Assembly: GCF_006345805.1 (NCBI RefSeq)
Contig: NC_043009.1
Span: 9,238,001-9,302,000, forward strand
Length of the DNA stretch: 64,000 nt
Source of the DNA: Octopus sinensis
Taxonomy: Eukaryota
Direction: 5' to 3'
Position 1 is the stretch's first letter. Each line of letters opens with the position of its first letter. The notes beneath the pieces are model-generated. The model searched no databases. It was not told the DNA's origin and worked only from the letters and a program-made list of their open reading frames with translations. Positions 25,051 to 37,472 of this stretch are shown here, one piece after another. A program made the translations under genes and the position numbers.

Positions 25051-25191
25051 ACAGAGTAAATGACAAAGGACCAGGATATCTGGTGATACAAAGTTCTTAT
25101 GAAAACTTGCTCATCATGATAAAACTGACTTCTAAAAGCACTACATAGGAATTGTATACAATATATATTTTTTTGTGTAAATATATTTTTG

Positions 25192-25440
25192 TGTGGAGTC
25201 ATGTGGCTTAGTGGTTAGGGTGTCAGCATCATGATTGTAAGATTGTGGTTTCGATTCCTGGACTGGGTGACGTGTTGTGTTCTTGAGCAAAACACTTCAT
25301 TTCACGTTGCTCCAGTCCACTCAGCTGGCAAAAATGAGTAACACTGCGATAGACTGGTGTCCTGTCCAGCTGGGGAATACATACACCATTGAAACTGGGA
25401 AACTGGGCCCATGAGCCTGTCTAGGCTTTAAAAGAGCACA
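25192..25440 (+). mobile_element. tRNA-derived SINE, family D
   Basis: tggcttagtggttagggtg (A box), gtttcgattcc (B box); inverted partner at 26417-26673. Confidence 0.85.
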
Positions 25441-26213
25441 CAAACAAACATATATTTGTGTGTGTGTGTGTGTGAGCACCCCCAATCAATCAGTCTTCCC
25501 CTCATGTTGCTCTCCCCGCCATACCATATCATCCACTGTACCTCCCCCTCCCGCCATCCCAATACCAGCCACGCCTTATTTAATAAAACAAAAGTTATTA
25601 CAAATAGTAAAAGACAAAAAAAAAGGATTTATTTCAAAGATTTTGGGAGGGAAGGCAATGTCTTTATCTGTTTATGTATTTTTTGTCTGCTGGTTCATCC
25701 ATCCATCCATCCTTCATTCCTTCCTTCCTTCCTTCTTTCTTTCTTTCTATCTTTCTTTCTGTCTGTCCATCCATTCATCTGCCCACTCACTTAACTATCA
25801 TTGATTCACTAACTAGCTAGCTAATGAACTAGCTAGCTAACTAACTAACTAACTAACTTACTTACTAACTAACTATCTCACCAACTGACTATATGTGATT
25901 TTCTTCTTTTCTTTCTATTGATGTGTGTGTTTGTCTGTTTTATTGGAAAGCGGATGTGTGAGTTATGTTGTTAATTTTCTCCATTTTACGAATGGTTGGA
26001 AATGACTTTCTTGTGTTGATATAATAATCAACAACATATTTTTTTTTCTTTTGGTTTTGTGGCTTCCAGAGACCAGAAATGTAATGGAACATATTTTAGG
26101 CAAAAGGTGTGTGTTTAAGAGTACATTAGTCAAAGCTTATTGCCACTGTCTACAGTTTTCTTTAAAATTATGGAACAGACAAACAAGCTTTGAGTTTTAG
26201 TATTATAAATACA

Positions 26214-26244
<31 letters not shown>

Positions 26245-26416
26245 TGGGGACATGGCTGTGTAAATAAGAAGTTCACATTGCAACCACATAGTCTCAAGTT
26301 CAATTTCAATGCGTGGTACCTTGAGCAAGTGCTTTCCACTATAACCCCAAGTTGATTAAAGCCTGAGTGGATTTGGTAGACAGAAATTGAAAGAAGATTG
26401 TGTATAATAAGTCATA

Positions 26417-26673
26417 ATAATAAAATAAATGTGCCCTTTTAAAGCCTAGCCAGGCACATGGGCCCGGTTTCCCGGTTTCTATGGCATACGTGTTCCCCAG
26501 CTGGACGGGATGCCAGTCCATCGCAGCATTACTCATCTTTGCCAGCTGGACTGGAGCAACGTGAAATGAAGTGTTTTGCTCAAGAACACAATGTGTCACC
26601 TGGTCCAGGAATCGAAACCACATTCTTACGATCATGATGCTGACACCCTAACCACTAAACCACGCGTTTCCAC
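26417..26673 (-). mobile_element. tRNA-derived SINE, family D, with 13-bp TSD
   Basis: ataataagtcata at 26404-26416 and 26674-26686; reverse complement of 25192-25440. Confidence 0.9.
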
Positions 26674-27094
26674 ATAATAAGTCATACTCAAATACATACA
26701 TAGTGGTTCTTCATAATCTGATATTCTCATAAATAATTTGCACTAATTAACACCAAACATTAATCCATGAATATCCATGTATGTTTTTATGTTCACCTTC
26801 CAATTCTGGCATAAGTTGGATGGTTTGCATGAGGCAATGCTGGTTGGTTGGTTGGTTGGTTGGTTGGTTGGATGCATGCCTTTCCTGTTGCTAACCTTCT
26901 TAGTCACCTCTTATGACATACAGGGATGTAGTATATCTATTCTACAGCTGAGATACTCATATGTATATTTGTACCCCAGGGTCACTTTGCTGGCATGTGC
27001 TACTCTCTCACTCAATAATGATGATGTTAATAATGATGTTGATGATAATGATAATAATAATTCTTGCTACTGTAGGCACAATGCCTGAAATTGT

Positions 27095-27940
27095 TTTGAC
27101 AGTGAGGCTAGTCAATGACATTGACACCCCATGCTAAACTGGTACTTATTTTATTGACTGAAGAGACGGAAGGTAAAGTTGACCATGGCAAAATTTGAAT
27201 TCAACATAAAACTGAAAGAAATGTTACCTAGCATTTTTTTGATTCTCTAATGTTTCTGCCAGCTCACCCCCTAAATAATCCTTTCTATTAAAAGCACAAA
27301 GCCTGGAATTTGGGGGGCTGTGAGGTAGCTGATAGCATTGATGCCAGTGCTCAACTAGTACTCATTTTATTGACCACCAAAAGGATGAAAGGCAAAGTCA
27401 ACCTTGGTGGAATTTGGACTCAGAACGTAAAGATAGAAGAAATGCTGTTAATTAAACATTTTGTCTGGCATACTGAAGATTCAGCCTGCTCACCACCACC
27501 ACCCACTTAATGATAATGGTTCCAAATTTTGGCACAAGGCCAAGAAGCTTGGGGGAAAGGGACAAGTTAGTTATAGCAATCCCAGTTCTCAAATTGTACT
27601 TATTTTATTGACCCCAAAAGGATGAAAAACAAAATCAACCTCAGTGGAATTTGAACTCGGAATGTAAAGATGGACAAAACGCTGCTAAGCATTTTACCCG
27701 GCATGTTTAAAATTTTGTTCTGCTTGTTTAAAATTTTGCCACAAGGGCAGCAATTTTGAGGAAGAGGATGAGCAGATTACATCAACCCTAGTGTTCAACT
27801 GGTACTTAATTCATTGACCCTGAAAGGATGAAGGGCAAAGTCAACCTCAGCAGAATTTGAACTCAGAATGTAGCAATGGGTGAAATACTGCTAAGCATTT
27901 CATCCAGCATGCTGATGATTCTGCCAGCTGACTACTTTAG
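27095..27940 (-). mobile_element. Cluster of four family-B SINE copies, all on the minus strand
   Basis: The block ctggtactta...aaaggatgaaaggcaaagtcaacc...aatttgaactc recurs at about 27140, 27355, 27595 and 27800. Confidence 0.8.
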
Positions 27941-28251
27941 TGATGATGATGATGATGATGATAATAATTAGTAATAATAATACATATCTTGAAAAAGTGT
28001 AGAAAAATAGAAAATTGCATGGGATAATTTTATGAATATTTTGTTTATTTATTTTCACGAATTATCCATGAAAAAAATAGATGTCAATAAATACATTTAG
28101 TTTTTTAAAATGTCAAAAACTGATCATAAATATGTCAAAAATTTATTTTAAAATGTCAAAGAGCAATATTAAAATATTTTTAAAATGCTTTGAAAAAAAG
28201 TATTTATAGTCTTTTTTGTGTTTATCATTAAATTTTTGTTGTTATTTGTAG

Positions 28252-28449
28252 GAACAAGAATCAAGCAACCTGGATCCTTATGAAGAACGGCTACATTTTG
28301 GCAGAATAACAAAGACTCTTATAGAGTCCAAAGTCGAAGACGTTGCTAACAATTTCTTTCTGATCTGTGGCAGCAGGGTTTTTAACAAAGACATGGCTAA
28401 CTTTCTCACTGAACTAGGACTGTCTGAAGAACAGTATTTTATATTTTGA
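28252..28449 (+). CDS. CYB5RL: NADH-cytochrome b5 reductase-like, last coding exon
   Basis: tttttgttgttatttgtAG acceptor; EQESSNLDPYEERLHFGRITKTLIESKVEDVANNFFLICGSRVFNKDMANFLTELGLSEEQYFIF*. HFG, conserved CG and the terminal YFxF match the CYB5RL C-terminus; phase 0. Not in the ORF track. Confidence 0.92.
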   Translation, partial: EQESSNLDPYEERLHFGRITKTLIESKVEDVANNFFLICGSRVFNKDMANFLTELGLSEEQYFIF

Positions 28450-28706
28450 TGATGGCTATTGATATAATAATGATTATGGAGGAAAAATTTTATCTGTGAT
28501 TCTATTGTAATGTTCTGTTATGGAACTCATCTGAAGTATCAGTGTACTGCTAAGCAACACGTTTCAAACAAAATTATTTTTTTAAATATATATTTCAAAT
28601 GTCAAAAGTTATTTTCTATAATGTCTGTAATTTTCATTGCCACAGACGTGAGATAGTGAGAAGTGTGATAACTAAATGGTGAGGATGCTAATCACAACCT
28701 ATAATT

Positions 28707-28712
28707 AATAAA
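28707..28712 (+). promoter_or_regulatory. Candidate polyadenylation signal for CYB5RL
   Basis: AATAAA about 260 nt after the stop codon. Confidence 0.45.
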
Positions 28713-28964
28713 AATGAAAGACATGAGTTGGACGAGTCGCGAGATATTTTGGAAACTGGAAACCTGGCAACTTCAGGAATTATAGTGTATTTGGTTGTTC
28801 CTCCTGTTATTGAGTTGTCAACATAGGCTCAGAAATGGCTGTGTGGGTAAAAGATTTCCCTCACAGACTCACAATTATGGAATTCTGGGTCTGATCCTGC
28901 TCTGCAGGAATTTGTGATAGAGTGTCTTGTCATAATCCAAGCTTCGTGAAGGAAAGTAATCATC

Positions 28965-29290
28965 ATCGTTATTTAACGTCCATTTTCCATGCTGGCATGG
29001 GTTAGATAATTTGATAGGAACTGGCAAGGCCAAGGCCAGGTTCCATAGTCTGTTTTGGCTTGGTTTTTACAGTTGGATGTCTTTCCTAATGCCAACCACT
29101 TTACAAAGTGTACTGGATATTTTTTTACTTGGTACCATCATCAGTGCTTTTTACATGGTACCATGGCACCAGCACTAGTGCTTTTTACATGGTACCATCA
29201 TCAATGCTTTTTATGTGGTACCATCACCGGTGCTTCTTATGTAACACCATCATGGTACTAGCACCAGTGCTTTTTATGCGGTACCAGTAA
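28965..29290 (-). mobile_element. RTE 3'-tail repeat (family C) with internal ggtaccatca repeats
   Basis: catcatcgttatttaacgtccattttccatgc...gttggatgtctttcctaatgccaacc, then about six tgctttt(t)acatggtaccat units. Confidence 0.7.
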
Positions 29291-29536
29291 GTTGAAGGAA
29301 AATGTGCAAAAGCCTGTCAGATGGACCGAACCTGGTCTAAGTTGCTAGACTTAAACCATTGCCTGGGTTTTAAACCATCAACAGACCCTTAGGTATCTTC
29401 ACCGAAGGTTTTTTGCCTATTGTGGTGGCTGAGCTGGAGCAGTTCTAATATCACAGTGGAAATTATCTACTTCACTGGTTAGTGATATATCCATTCCTGC
29501 ATTTGGAGACAAAGTACAGCAGCACCATCAGCAAGT

Positions 29537-29951
29537 GGATGCGCAATGGCCCAGTGGTTAGGGCAGTGGACTCGCAGTTGGAAGATCACAGTTTCGATTC
29601 CCAGACCGGGCGTTGTGTGTGTTTATTGAGCGAAAACACCTAAAGCTCCACACGGCTCTGGCAGAGGGTGGTGGTGGTGACCCCTGTTGTACTCTTTCGC
29701 TCCAACTTTCTCTCACTCTTTCTTCCTGTTTCCTGTCCCCGACTTCCTATGCAACCGCTGAGCCTGGATGCGCATTCATCCATCCGTCGATGCTCTCGGT
29801 GTCGGGGGTTGACCTGCTTTCTCTTCTGCGGCTCTTACAACTAGTAAAGAACCACGTTTTGCACTTCTCCCAATACAGAGGCGCGATCTTGCAAGCTCTG
29901 GGATGAAGACCGCTTCGCTCAACAAACAAACAAACAAACAAACAAACAAAC
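29537..29951 (+). mobile_element. tRNA-derived SINE, family E, with (AAAC)n tail
   Basis: A box tggcccagtgg (29547), B box gtttcgattcc (29591), GC-rich body, (AAAC)n tail. Confidence 0.75.
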
Positions 29952-30413
29952 ACCCTCCCTCCCTCAGCATGCAAGTGTTTATCCTAAATGTTGAGAATAA
30001 TTCAAACTCTTGCTGCAGCAAATCCACAAATCATAATTTTTTTTTCTTTCTTCTCTCTACTCCTCCTCCTCCTCCTCCTCTCATCAAACTTCAGAATCAG
30101 ACATTTCTCCGCACTCATAAAAAACTATTTCTTCAAATGTGCTACTGCCTACTGAGCCTTCACAAAGGGGGAAAAAAAAAGAGAGGGAAGACTATGGAAA
30201 TATTTGCAAAACATTTCATTTAATTTTTTTCTTCAATTTAATTGTTTGTCTTGTTTTGCTTTTAATTGAAAAAGTTAAAAAGATTGAAACTGGTACTAAC
30301 CTTTACAGAATGTATTTCATGATAAAATTATTTTAGTATTTTCTACCTTGTCTTATTTTCTTTATACATATCAACTCGTGTGTTACTTTTCAACCCTCTC
30401 TCTCTCTCTCTCT

Positions 30414-30454
<41 letters not shown>

Positions 30455-30471
30455 AAGATTTGGAGGTGATG

Positions 30472-30664
30472 TTAGTAGAAATAAGGTACTCAGAAATCTG
30501 GATGGTTTTACATTTAGAGATATTTATTAATATGTCACATGCTTTTATAAATCATATATTAGCACTTGCATCTGCAATATATGATTTATAAAAACATGTG
30601 ACATATTAATAAATATCTGCAAATATATAACCATCCAGATTTCGGAGTAACTTATTTCTACTAA
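30472..30664. repeat. 193-bp near-perfect palindrome (fold-back or MITE-like)
   Basis: Outer 36-bp arms with 2 mismatches, inner 43-bp arms with 1 mismatch, 15-nt centre. Confidence 0.92.
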
Positions 30665-30739
30665 TATATATATATTACTCATTACTTTCTGCTGAATAGT
30701 ACACCATGTCCATTAAGACCCCTCCTCCTCCTAATATAT

Positions 30740-30792
<53 letters not shown>

Positions 30793-31384
30793 CATATATA
30801 TACACATATACATATATATACACATGATGGACTTCTTTCCATTTCCATCAATCAGATCCATCCACAAGGCTTTTGGTGGCCAGGGGGCCTATAGCAGAAA
30901 ACATTTGCCCAAGGTGTCGCATATTGAAGCGGAATCCAAGACTACCTGGCTGGTAAGCAAGCTTCTTAACTACACAGCCACACCTGCACCTCATGAACCA
31001 ATCTTTTTATTAAATATATTTTTAAAAATCATTGTCACTCTTCTCCCAAAAGTCTATGAGAACACTTCAGTATTCATGAATTTCTACTTCTTTCTCAGGT
31101 GTATTTATTACCTGATTGTATCATAATGACTGGCTTCTTACCTTAACTGTCCCTTTTCTGTTGCCAACACTGTAACCTAGCTTGTCTTTACAACCTTTCA
31201 CCACTGTCCATACCTACCTGCTATGTGTTCTTCCAACTTCCTCTCTCTCCTCTTCATGTAAAGAAAGAAAGAAAGCCATAACCTTCTTTCTTTTTAAAGC
31301 AATTATCATTTCTAACACTGATACAAGGCAAGCAACTCATCTAAAAAATTGGGTAAAAAAATAAAAATAAAAAGAAAACAGTAT

Positions 31385-31785
31385 AGGCGCAGGAGTGGCT
31401 GTGTGGTAAGTAGCTTGCTAACCAACCACATGGTTCCAGGTTCAGTCCCACTGCATGGCATCTTGGGCAAGTGTCTTCTACTATAGCCCGGGCCGACCAA
31501 TGCCTTGTGAGTGGATTTGGTAGATGGAAACTGAAAGAAGCCTGTCGTATATATGTATATATATATGTGTGTGTGTGTGTGTGTTTGTGTTTGTCCTCCT
31601 AGCATTGCTTGACAACCGATGCTGGTGTGTTTACGTTCCCGTCACTTAGCGGTTCAGCAAAAGAGACCGATAGAATAAGTACTGGGCTTACAAAGAATAA
31701 GTCCCGGGGTCGGTTTGCTCGACTAAAGGTGGTGCTCCAGCATGGCCGCAGTCAAATGACTGAAACAAGGAAAAGAGTAAAAAAA
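31385..31785 (+). mobile_element. SINE family A, full length (partial minus copy also at 30830-30990)
   Basis: gcaggagtggctgtgtggtaagtagc ... cagtcaaatgactgaaacaagg. Confidence 0.88.
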
Positions 31786-32109
31786 AGATTAAAAGTGTGT
31801 ATGAAAGGATGTATTATTATTATTATTATTCTAATGCACAGCAGTGACACAGATGTTATGAAAGCAATATGCTTAGAGGCGTGACCATACTGAATAGGGA
31901 ATAGCTGATACAGTAAGAAAACAAAGTGGAGAAGGTTGTCATGAAATATACATCCAGCCTGTTCACACCTTCGGATGATAATAGGAAGAATACCTTATCA
32001 ATTAACCTTGACTAGCTCTGTGATGTCAGCTTTCTCTTATATTTCTCTCATCACGCTTTCTTGGAATAAAAAAAAATTTTTACCATGTGGATATTCCCTG
32101 GGCCCTAAT

Positions 32110-32470
32110 CAACATCAACTTATCGTGCCCCTATGCTCTTCTACCCACTCATATATAACGTGATTAGCACTGCATCTCCTCCTCCTCCTCCTCCTCCTCA
32201 TCATCATCATCATCATCATCACCACCACCACCACCACCATCATCATCATCACATCACCACCACCACCATGATTGTCATCATCATCGTCGTTGTTGTCATC
32301 ATCATCAACTTATCGTGCCCCCATGCTCTTCTACCCACCCATATATTGCGTGGTTAGCACTACATCTCCTCCTCCTCATCATCATCACCATGATCGTCAT
32401 CGTCGTCATTGTCGTCGTCACCATCATCACCACCACCACCACCACCACCACCACTACTACTACCACCCTT
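32110..32470. repeat. Tandem duplication (~190-bp unit) with CCT/CAT/CAC trinucleotide tracts
   Basis: catcaacttatcgtgccc.atgctcttctaccca...tagcact.catctcctcctcc occurs at about 32113 and 32302. Confidence 0.8.
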
Positions 32471-33809
32471 ATGATTCACTCTCACAAATCCCCTTGATAC
32501 TAATTTCCCTTTCCCTCCTTTATTACAAACTTCTATCATATCATTCCTTCATGTATTGCTTTAACCATCCATGCATAACATGGGGTAAGACTACACCTCT
32601 TACTCCATATACTACACCATTCTATCACTCTCTAACATTCTTTAACTCTCTCTCTCTCATTCTCTCTCTTACTCTCTCTCTCTCACTCATCCCTTGGCAC
32701 TACTTTCCACCCCCTTTCCTTCCCATTACCTCCTTCCTAACAAATTATGTAACCCATGCTAATCCCCCTCATCCACCTTCTCAACTTACCCCATAACCAT
32801 TATCTCTATCTCTCCTCCTCTCCTTCACACAAGCCCCTGACATGTCCCTTCTCTCTTGTCTCCATTACTGTCATCATCATCATCATCATCATCATCACCA
32901 TCATCATCAACATTAACATCCATTTTCTGAGCTGGGTTTTGACAACTTGACAGGAACTGGCAAGATCAAGGACCATACCAGGTTCCCTATTCTGTTTCAG
33001 CTTGGTTTCTACAGCTGGATGCCCTTCCTAGCACCAACCACTGTACAGAGTGCACTGGATGCTTTTTTACATCACACTATCACCAGTCCTTTTTACATGG
33101 CACCAGCACTCACACCTATGCTTTTTACATGACACCTTGGTTTTAGGATCTCTCACTATAAATCTGTTCTATCCAATAATGGAAATACTATTTTGCTTTG
33201 CAAGCTGTAAGGCAACCTCAATTGTGTTGGTGCCACAAAAAGCATTGAATACACTGTGATTGGCAATTGATTCAAGCAGTAAAATTGCAGAGTATGAGAG
33301 GATGCTTTAGTTTGCTGATAGCAAGGTAATCTCTATAGTGCTGGGCCCATAGAAAAGTACATCCAGTTCATTGTGAAGTGGTCGGTGTTAGGAAGGGCAT
33401 CAAGGGATAAAAATCATGCTAAAACTATGAGATTGGCACAAAATATGATTTTCAGACCCATTGGATTCTCTCAAACGATCCTATCCATGTCAGCATGAAA
33501 AATGGATATAAAATAATGATGACATATTCTATTGTTCTTTTATTCTTTTACTTGTTTCAGTCATTTGACCGTGGCCATGCTGGAGGGATTTAGTTGAACA
33601 AATCAACCTTGGGACTTACTTTTTTCCAAGAGCAGAAGGCAGTGTGACAATAATAAAAATATGTTATGGTGAAAGTGTGGATAATTTTTGACTTCCCCTC
33701 ATATATATTTATATATACATACACACACACACATTTATAAATATGTGTGTGTGTATGTGTGTGTATAAATAAATAAATAACTAAATATATATATATATAT
33801 ATATATATA

Positions 33810-36800
33810 CACCGTCCCAGGGTCTCTAGAGCCCATGCCTTCCACACCCTCAGGGTTGGCACCCTCAACGTTGGCACTCTGAAAGGTAGGTCTGGTGAGA
33901 TAGTCGAGATGCTTGAACGGAGATGTGTGGATATATGTTGCATGCAAGAAATAAGGTGGAGAGGAGGATCAGCTAGGTTCCTCACAGGTAAGGAACGCAG
34001 GTACAAGATTTTCTGGGCAGGGAACACTGACGGGGTTGGTGGCGTGGGTATACTTATCGCTGAGAAATGGGTAGATAAAGTAATTGAGGTAATCAGAGTA
34101 AGTGACAGAATACTTAAGATTAGATTAGTGCTTCATCATAGTTTAGCAACCATTATATCAGCCTATGCTCCTCAGTCGGGGCTACCCGATGGACAGAAAG
34201 ACCGATTCTATGACACTCTACTGCAGACTACCTCATTGACGAACGACAGAGACCTTATCTTTGTGGCTGGTGACTTCAATGGTCACGTTGGACGACATGC
34301 TGGGGGCTTCCATGGCGTACATGGAGGCTATGGCTATGGCTCCCGCAACGAGGAGGGAACCAGGCTGCTGGAGTTCTGCGATGCAAATAATCTTATGATT
34401 TGCAACACTAACTTCAGGAAACCTACCAGCCACCTAGTCACTTACCAATCGGGCCAACATACCAGCCAAATTGACTACATCCTTACAAGGCAAAGGGAGA
34501 GATGGCTGCTTATAAATGCCAAAACCTTCCCAGGTGAAGAATGTACCCCACAACATAGACTGGTAGTTAGTGACTTTAGGATCAGGACTAGGAGGACAAC
34601 CAGAAGACGACAAATATGGAGAAGAAGGATCTGGAAGCTTAAAGATCCTGCAAATGGACAGAGATTTAGGGACATATTACTTGAAGCCTCTGACGAAGTA
34701 GAAGGGTATAGAGCATCACAGGGGGTAGAAGACAGCTGGACGTTTCTAAGGGACAACCTGCTGAGAGCCACTGACCAGATCTGTGGCTGGTGCAAAGTCC
34801 CCTCTCGACCTAGAATAACGTGGTGGTGGAACAATATTGTAGACAGGGCTATTAGAGAAAAGAGACAGGCTTGGAAGGTCTGGAAAAATGGGGGTAGCAG
34901 GGAATTGTATCAGACTGCCAAAAGAGAAGCTAGGAGACAGGTTTATTTAGCCAGAGGGGAAGCAGATAAGAAAAAATTTGCCAATGTTCTGCGCCGTGAG
35001 GACCAAAGACTGGAGGTGTTTCGTGTTGCAAGACAGTGTGTGAGAGAAAATCGTGATGTGGTAGGAGAGAAGTGTGTTCGCATGGAAGATGGTTCACTTG
35101 CGCTAAATGAGGATGCAAAGAGAGAGGTTTGGAGATGCCACTATGAAAGGTTGCTGAATGAAGAAAATGAATGGGATAAAGAGAGTCTGCCGAATGTTGA
35201 CCCAACAGAGGGACCAGCTATCCGAGTTGATAGTTCTGTGGTAGCTAAGGCAATTAGAAGCATGAAGACAGGGAAAGCCCCAGGCCCATCAGGAATCACT
35301 GCAGAGATGCTCAAAATGTCTGGTAGTGTCGGCTATAGCCTAGTCACCCATATAGTTAATCAGGTGATACACAAAGGGGTCATACCCAATGACTGGTGTA
35401 GCAGTATAATAGTCAACTGCTACAAAGGTAAAGGTGATGCCCTAGATACAAATAACTACAGAGGTATCAAGCTGTTGGACCAGGTGATGAAGGTTACGGA
35501 GAGGGTCATAGCCCAACTAATTAGAGAGAGAGTTAGTTTAGATGAGATGCAGTTTGGGTTTGTGCCAGGGAAAAGTACTACTGATGCTATATTCCTGGTA
35601 AGGCAGCTGCAGGAGAAATACCTAGCCAAAGATAAGCCCCTGTACCTGGCTTTTGTTGACATGGAGAAAGCCTTCGACAGGGTCCCCCGATCCCTTATCT
35701 GGTGGGCAATGAGAAAACTAGGGATAGATGAATGGTTAGTGAGAGCTGTGCGGGCCATGTATAGGGACGCCGCTAGTAGGGTGAGGGTTGGAAATGAGTA
35801 CAGTGAAGAATTCTGGGTAGAGGTAGGGGTCCACCAAGGCTCAGTACTCAGCCCCCTCCTATTTATCATAGTCTTCCAGGCAATAACGGAGGAATTCAAG
35901 ACAGGATGCCTTTGGGAGCTCCTCTATGCTGATGACCTTGCTCTAATTGCTGAGTCGCTATCAGAACTGGAGGAGAAGTTCCAAGTGTGGAAACAAGGAT
36001 TAGAATCGAAGGGCCTCAGAGTCAATCTAGCTAAAACCAAAGTCGTAATCAGTAGGAAGGTAGACAAATCACAAACACCTTCAGGTAGATGGCCCTGCCC
36101 GATCTGTAGAAAAGGTGTAGGTAGAAACTCTATAAGATGCACCAAGTGTAAGCTATGGACACATAAGAGATGCAGCAATGTCAAAGGAAGGCTAACTAGG
36201 AAGATGGTTTTTGTATGTGGCAGATGCTCAGGAACAATAAACACTGAAAATGCTCTGAGACCAACTTCCGTCACTTTCCAGGGAGAAAAACTAGAAATAG
36301 TTGATAGTTTCCGTTACCTAGGTGACCAAGTCAGCAGCGGGGGCGGGTGTGCTGAAAGTGTAACTGCTAGAGTAAGAATAGCTTGGGCAAAGTTCAGAGA
36401 GCTCTTACCTCTGCTGGTGACAAAAGGCCTCTCGCACAGAGTGAAAGGCAGACTGTATGATGCGTGTGTACGAACAGCCATGCTACATGGCAGTGAAACA
36501 TGGGCCGTGACTGCTGAGGATATGCGTAAGCTCGCTAGAAATGAAGCCAGTATGCTCCGATGGATGTGTAATGCCGGTACTCACACTCGGCAGAGTGTAA
36601 GTACCTTGAGAGAAAAGCTGGACCTAAGAAGCATCAGTTGTGGTGTGCAAGAGAGACGTTTGCGCTGGTATGGTCATGTGGCGAGAATGGATGAAGATAG
36701 TTGTGTGAAAAAGTGCCACACCCTAGCGGTTGAGGGAACCTGTGGAAGAGGCAGACCCAGGAAAACCTGGGACGAGGTGGTGAAGCACGACCTTCGAACT

Positions 36801-37472
36801 TTAGGTCTCACTGAGGAAATGACTAGAGACCGAGACCTCTGGAAGTGTGCTGTGCGCGAGAAGACCCGGCAGGACAAGTGAGTCCACAACCCGTGGCCTT
36901 CTACATGGGACGGAGCCAGCCTACGTATGCATACCTTCCCTTCTTGGGACACAAAACTCTACTTGTGAAGACGTGTTGAGGCAAGTGAGGATCAGAATCG
37001 AAATCGATCAATGGAAATTGCGGATGTGCTACCAGTGCCGGTGGCATGTCGAAACTCTGCTTGTGAAGACCCATTGAGGCAAGTGAGGATCAGAATCGAA
37101 ATCGATCAATGGAAATCGATCAATGGAAATTGCAGATGTGTTACCAGTGCTGGTGGCATGTAAGAGAACTTTCCGTTTCGCGACCGTTGCCAGCACCGCC
37201 CCGTTTCGTGTCCGTTGCCAGCCTCGCCTGGCCCTCGTGCCGGTGGCACATAAAAAGCACCATCCGTTCGTGGCCGTTTGCCAGCTCTGTCTGGCACCAG
37301 TGCGGGTGGCACGTAAAAAGCACCCACTACACTCACGGAGTGGTTGGCGTTAGGAAGGGCATCCAGCCGTAGAAACACTGCCAGATTTGACTGGGCCTGA
37401 TGAAGCCTTCTGGCTTCACAGACCCCAGTAGAACCATCCAACCCATGCTGGCATGGAAAACGGACGTTAAAC

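Noticed and set aside
29537-29610. tRNA gene candidates here and at 25192 and 3577
   Set aside because: A/B boxes are present, but there is no complete cloverleaf, and each continues into a multi-copy or tailed SINE body.
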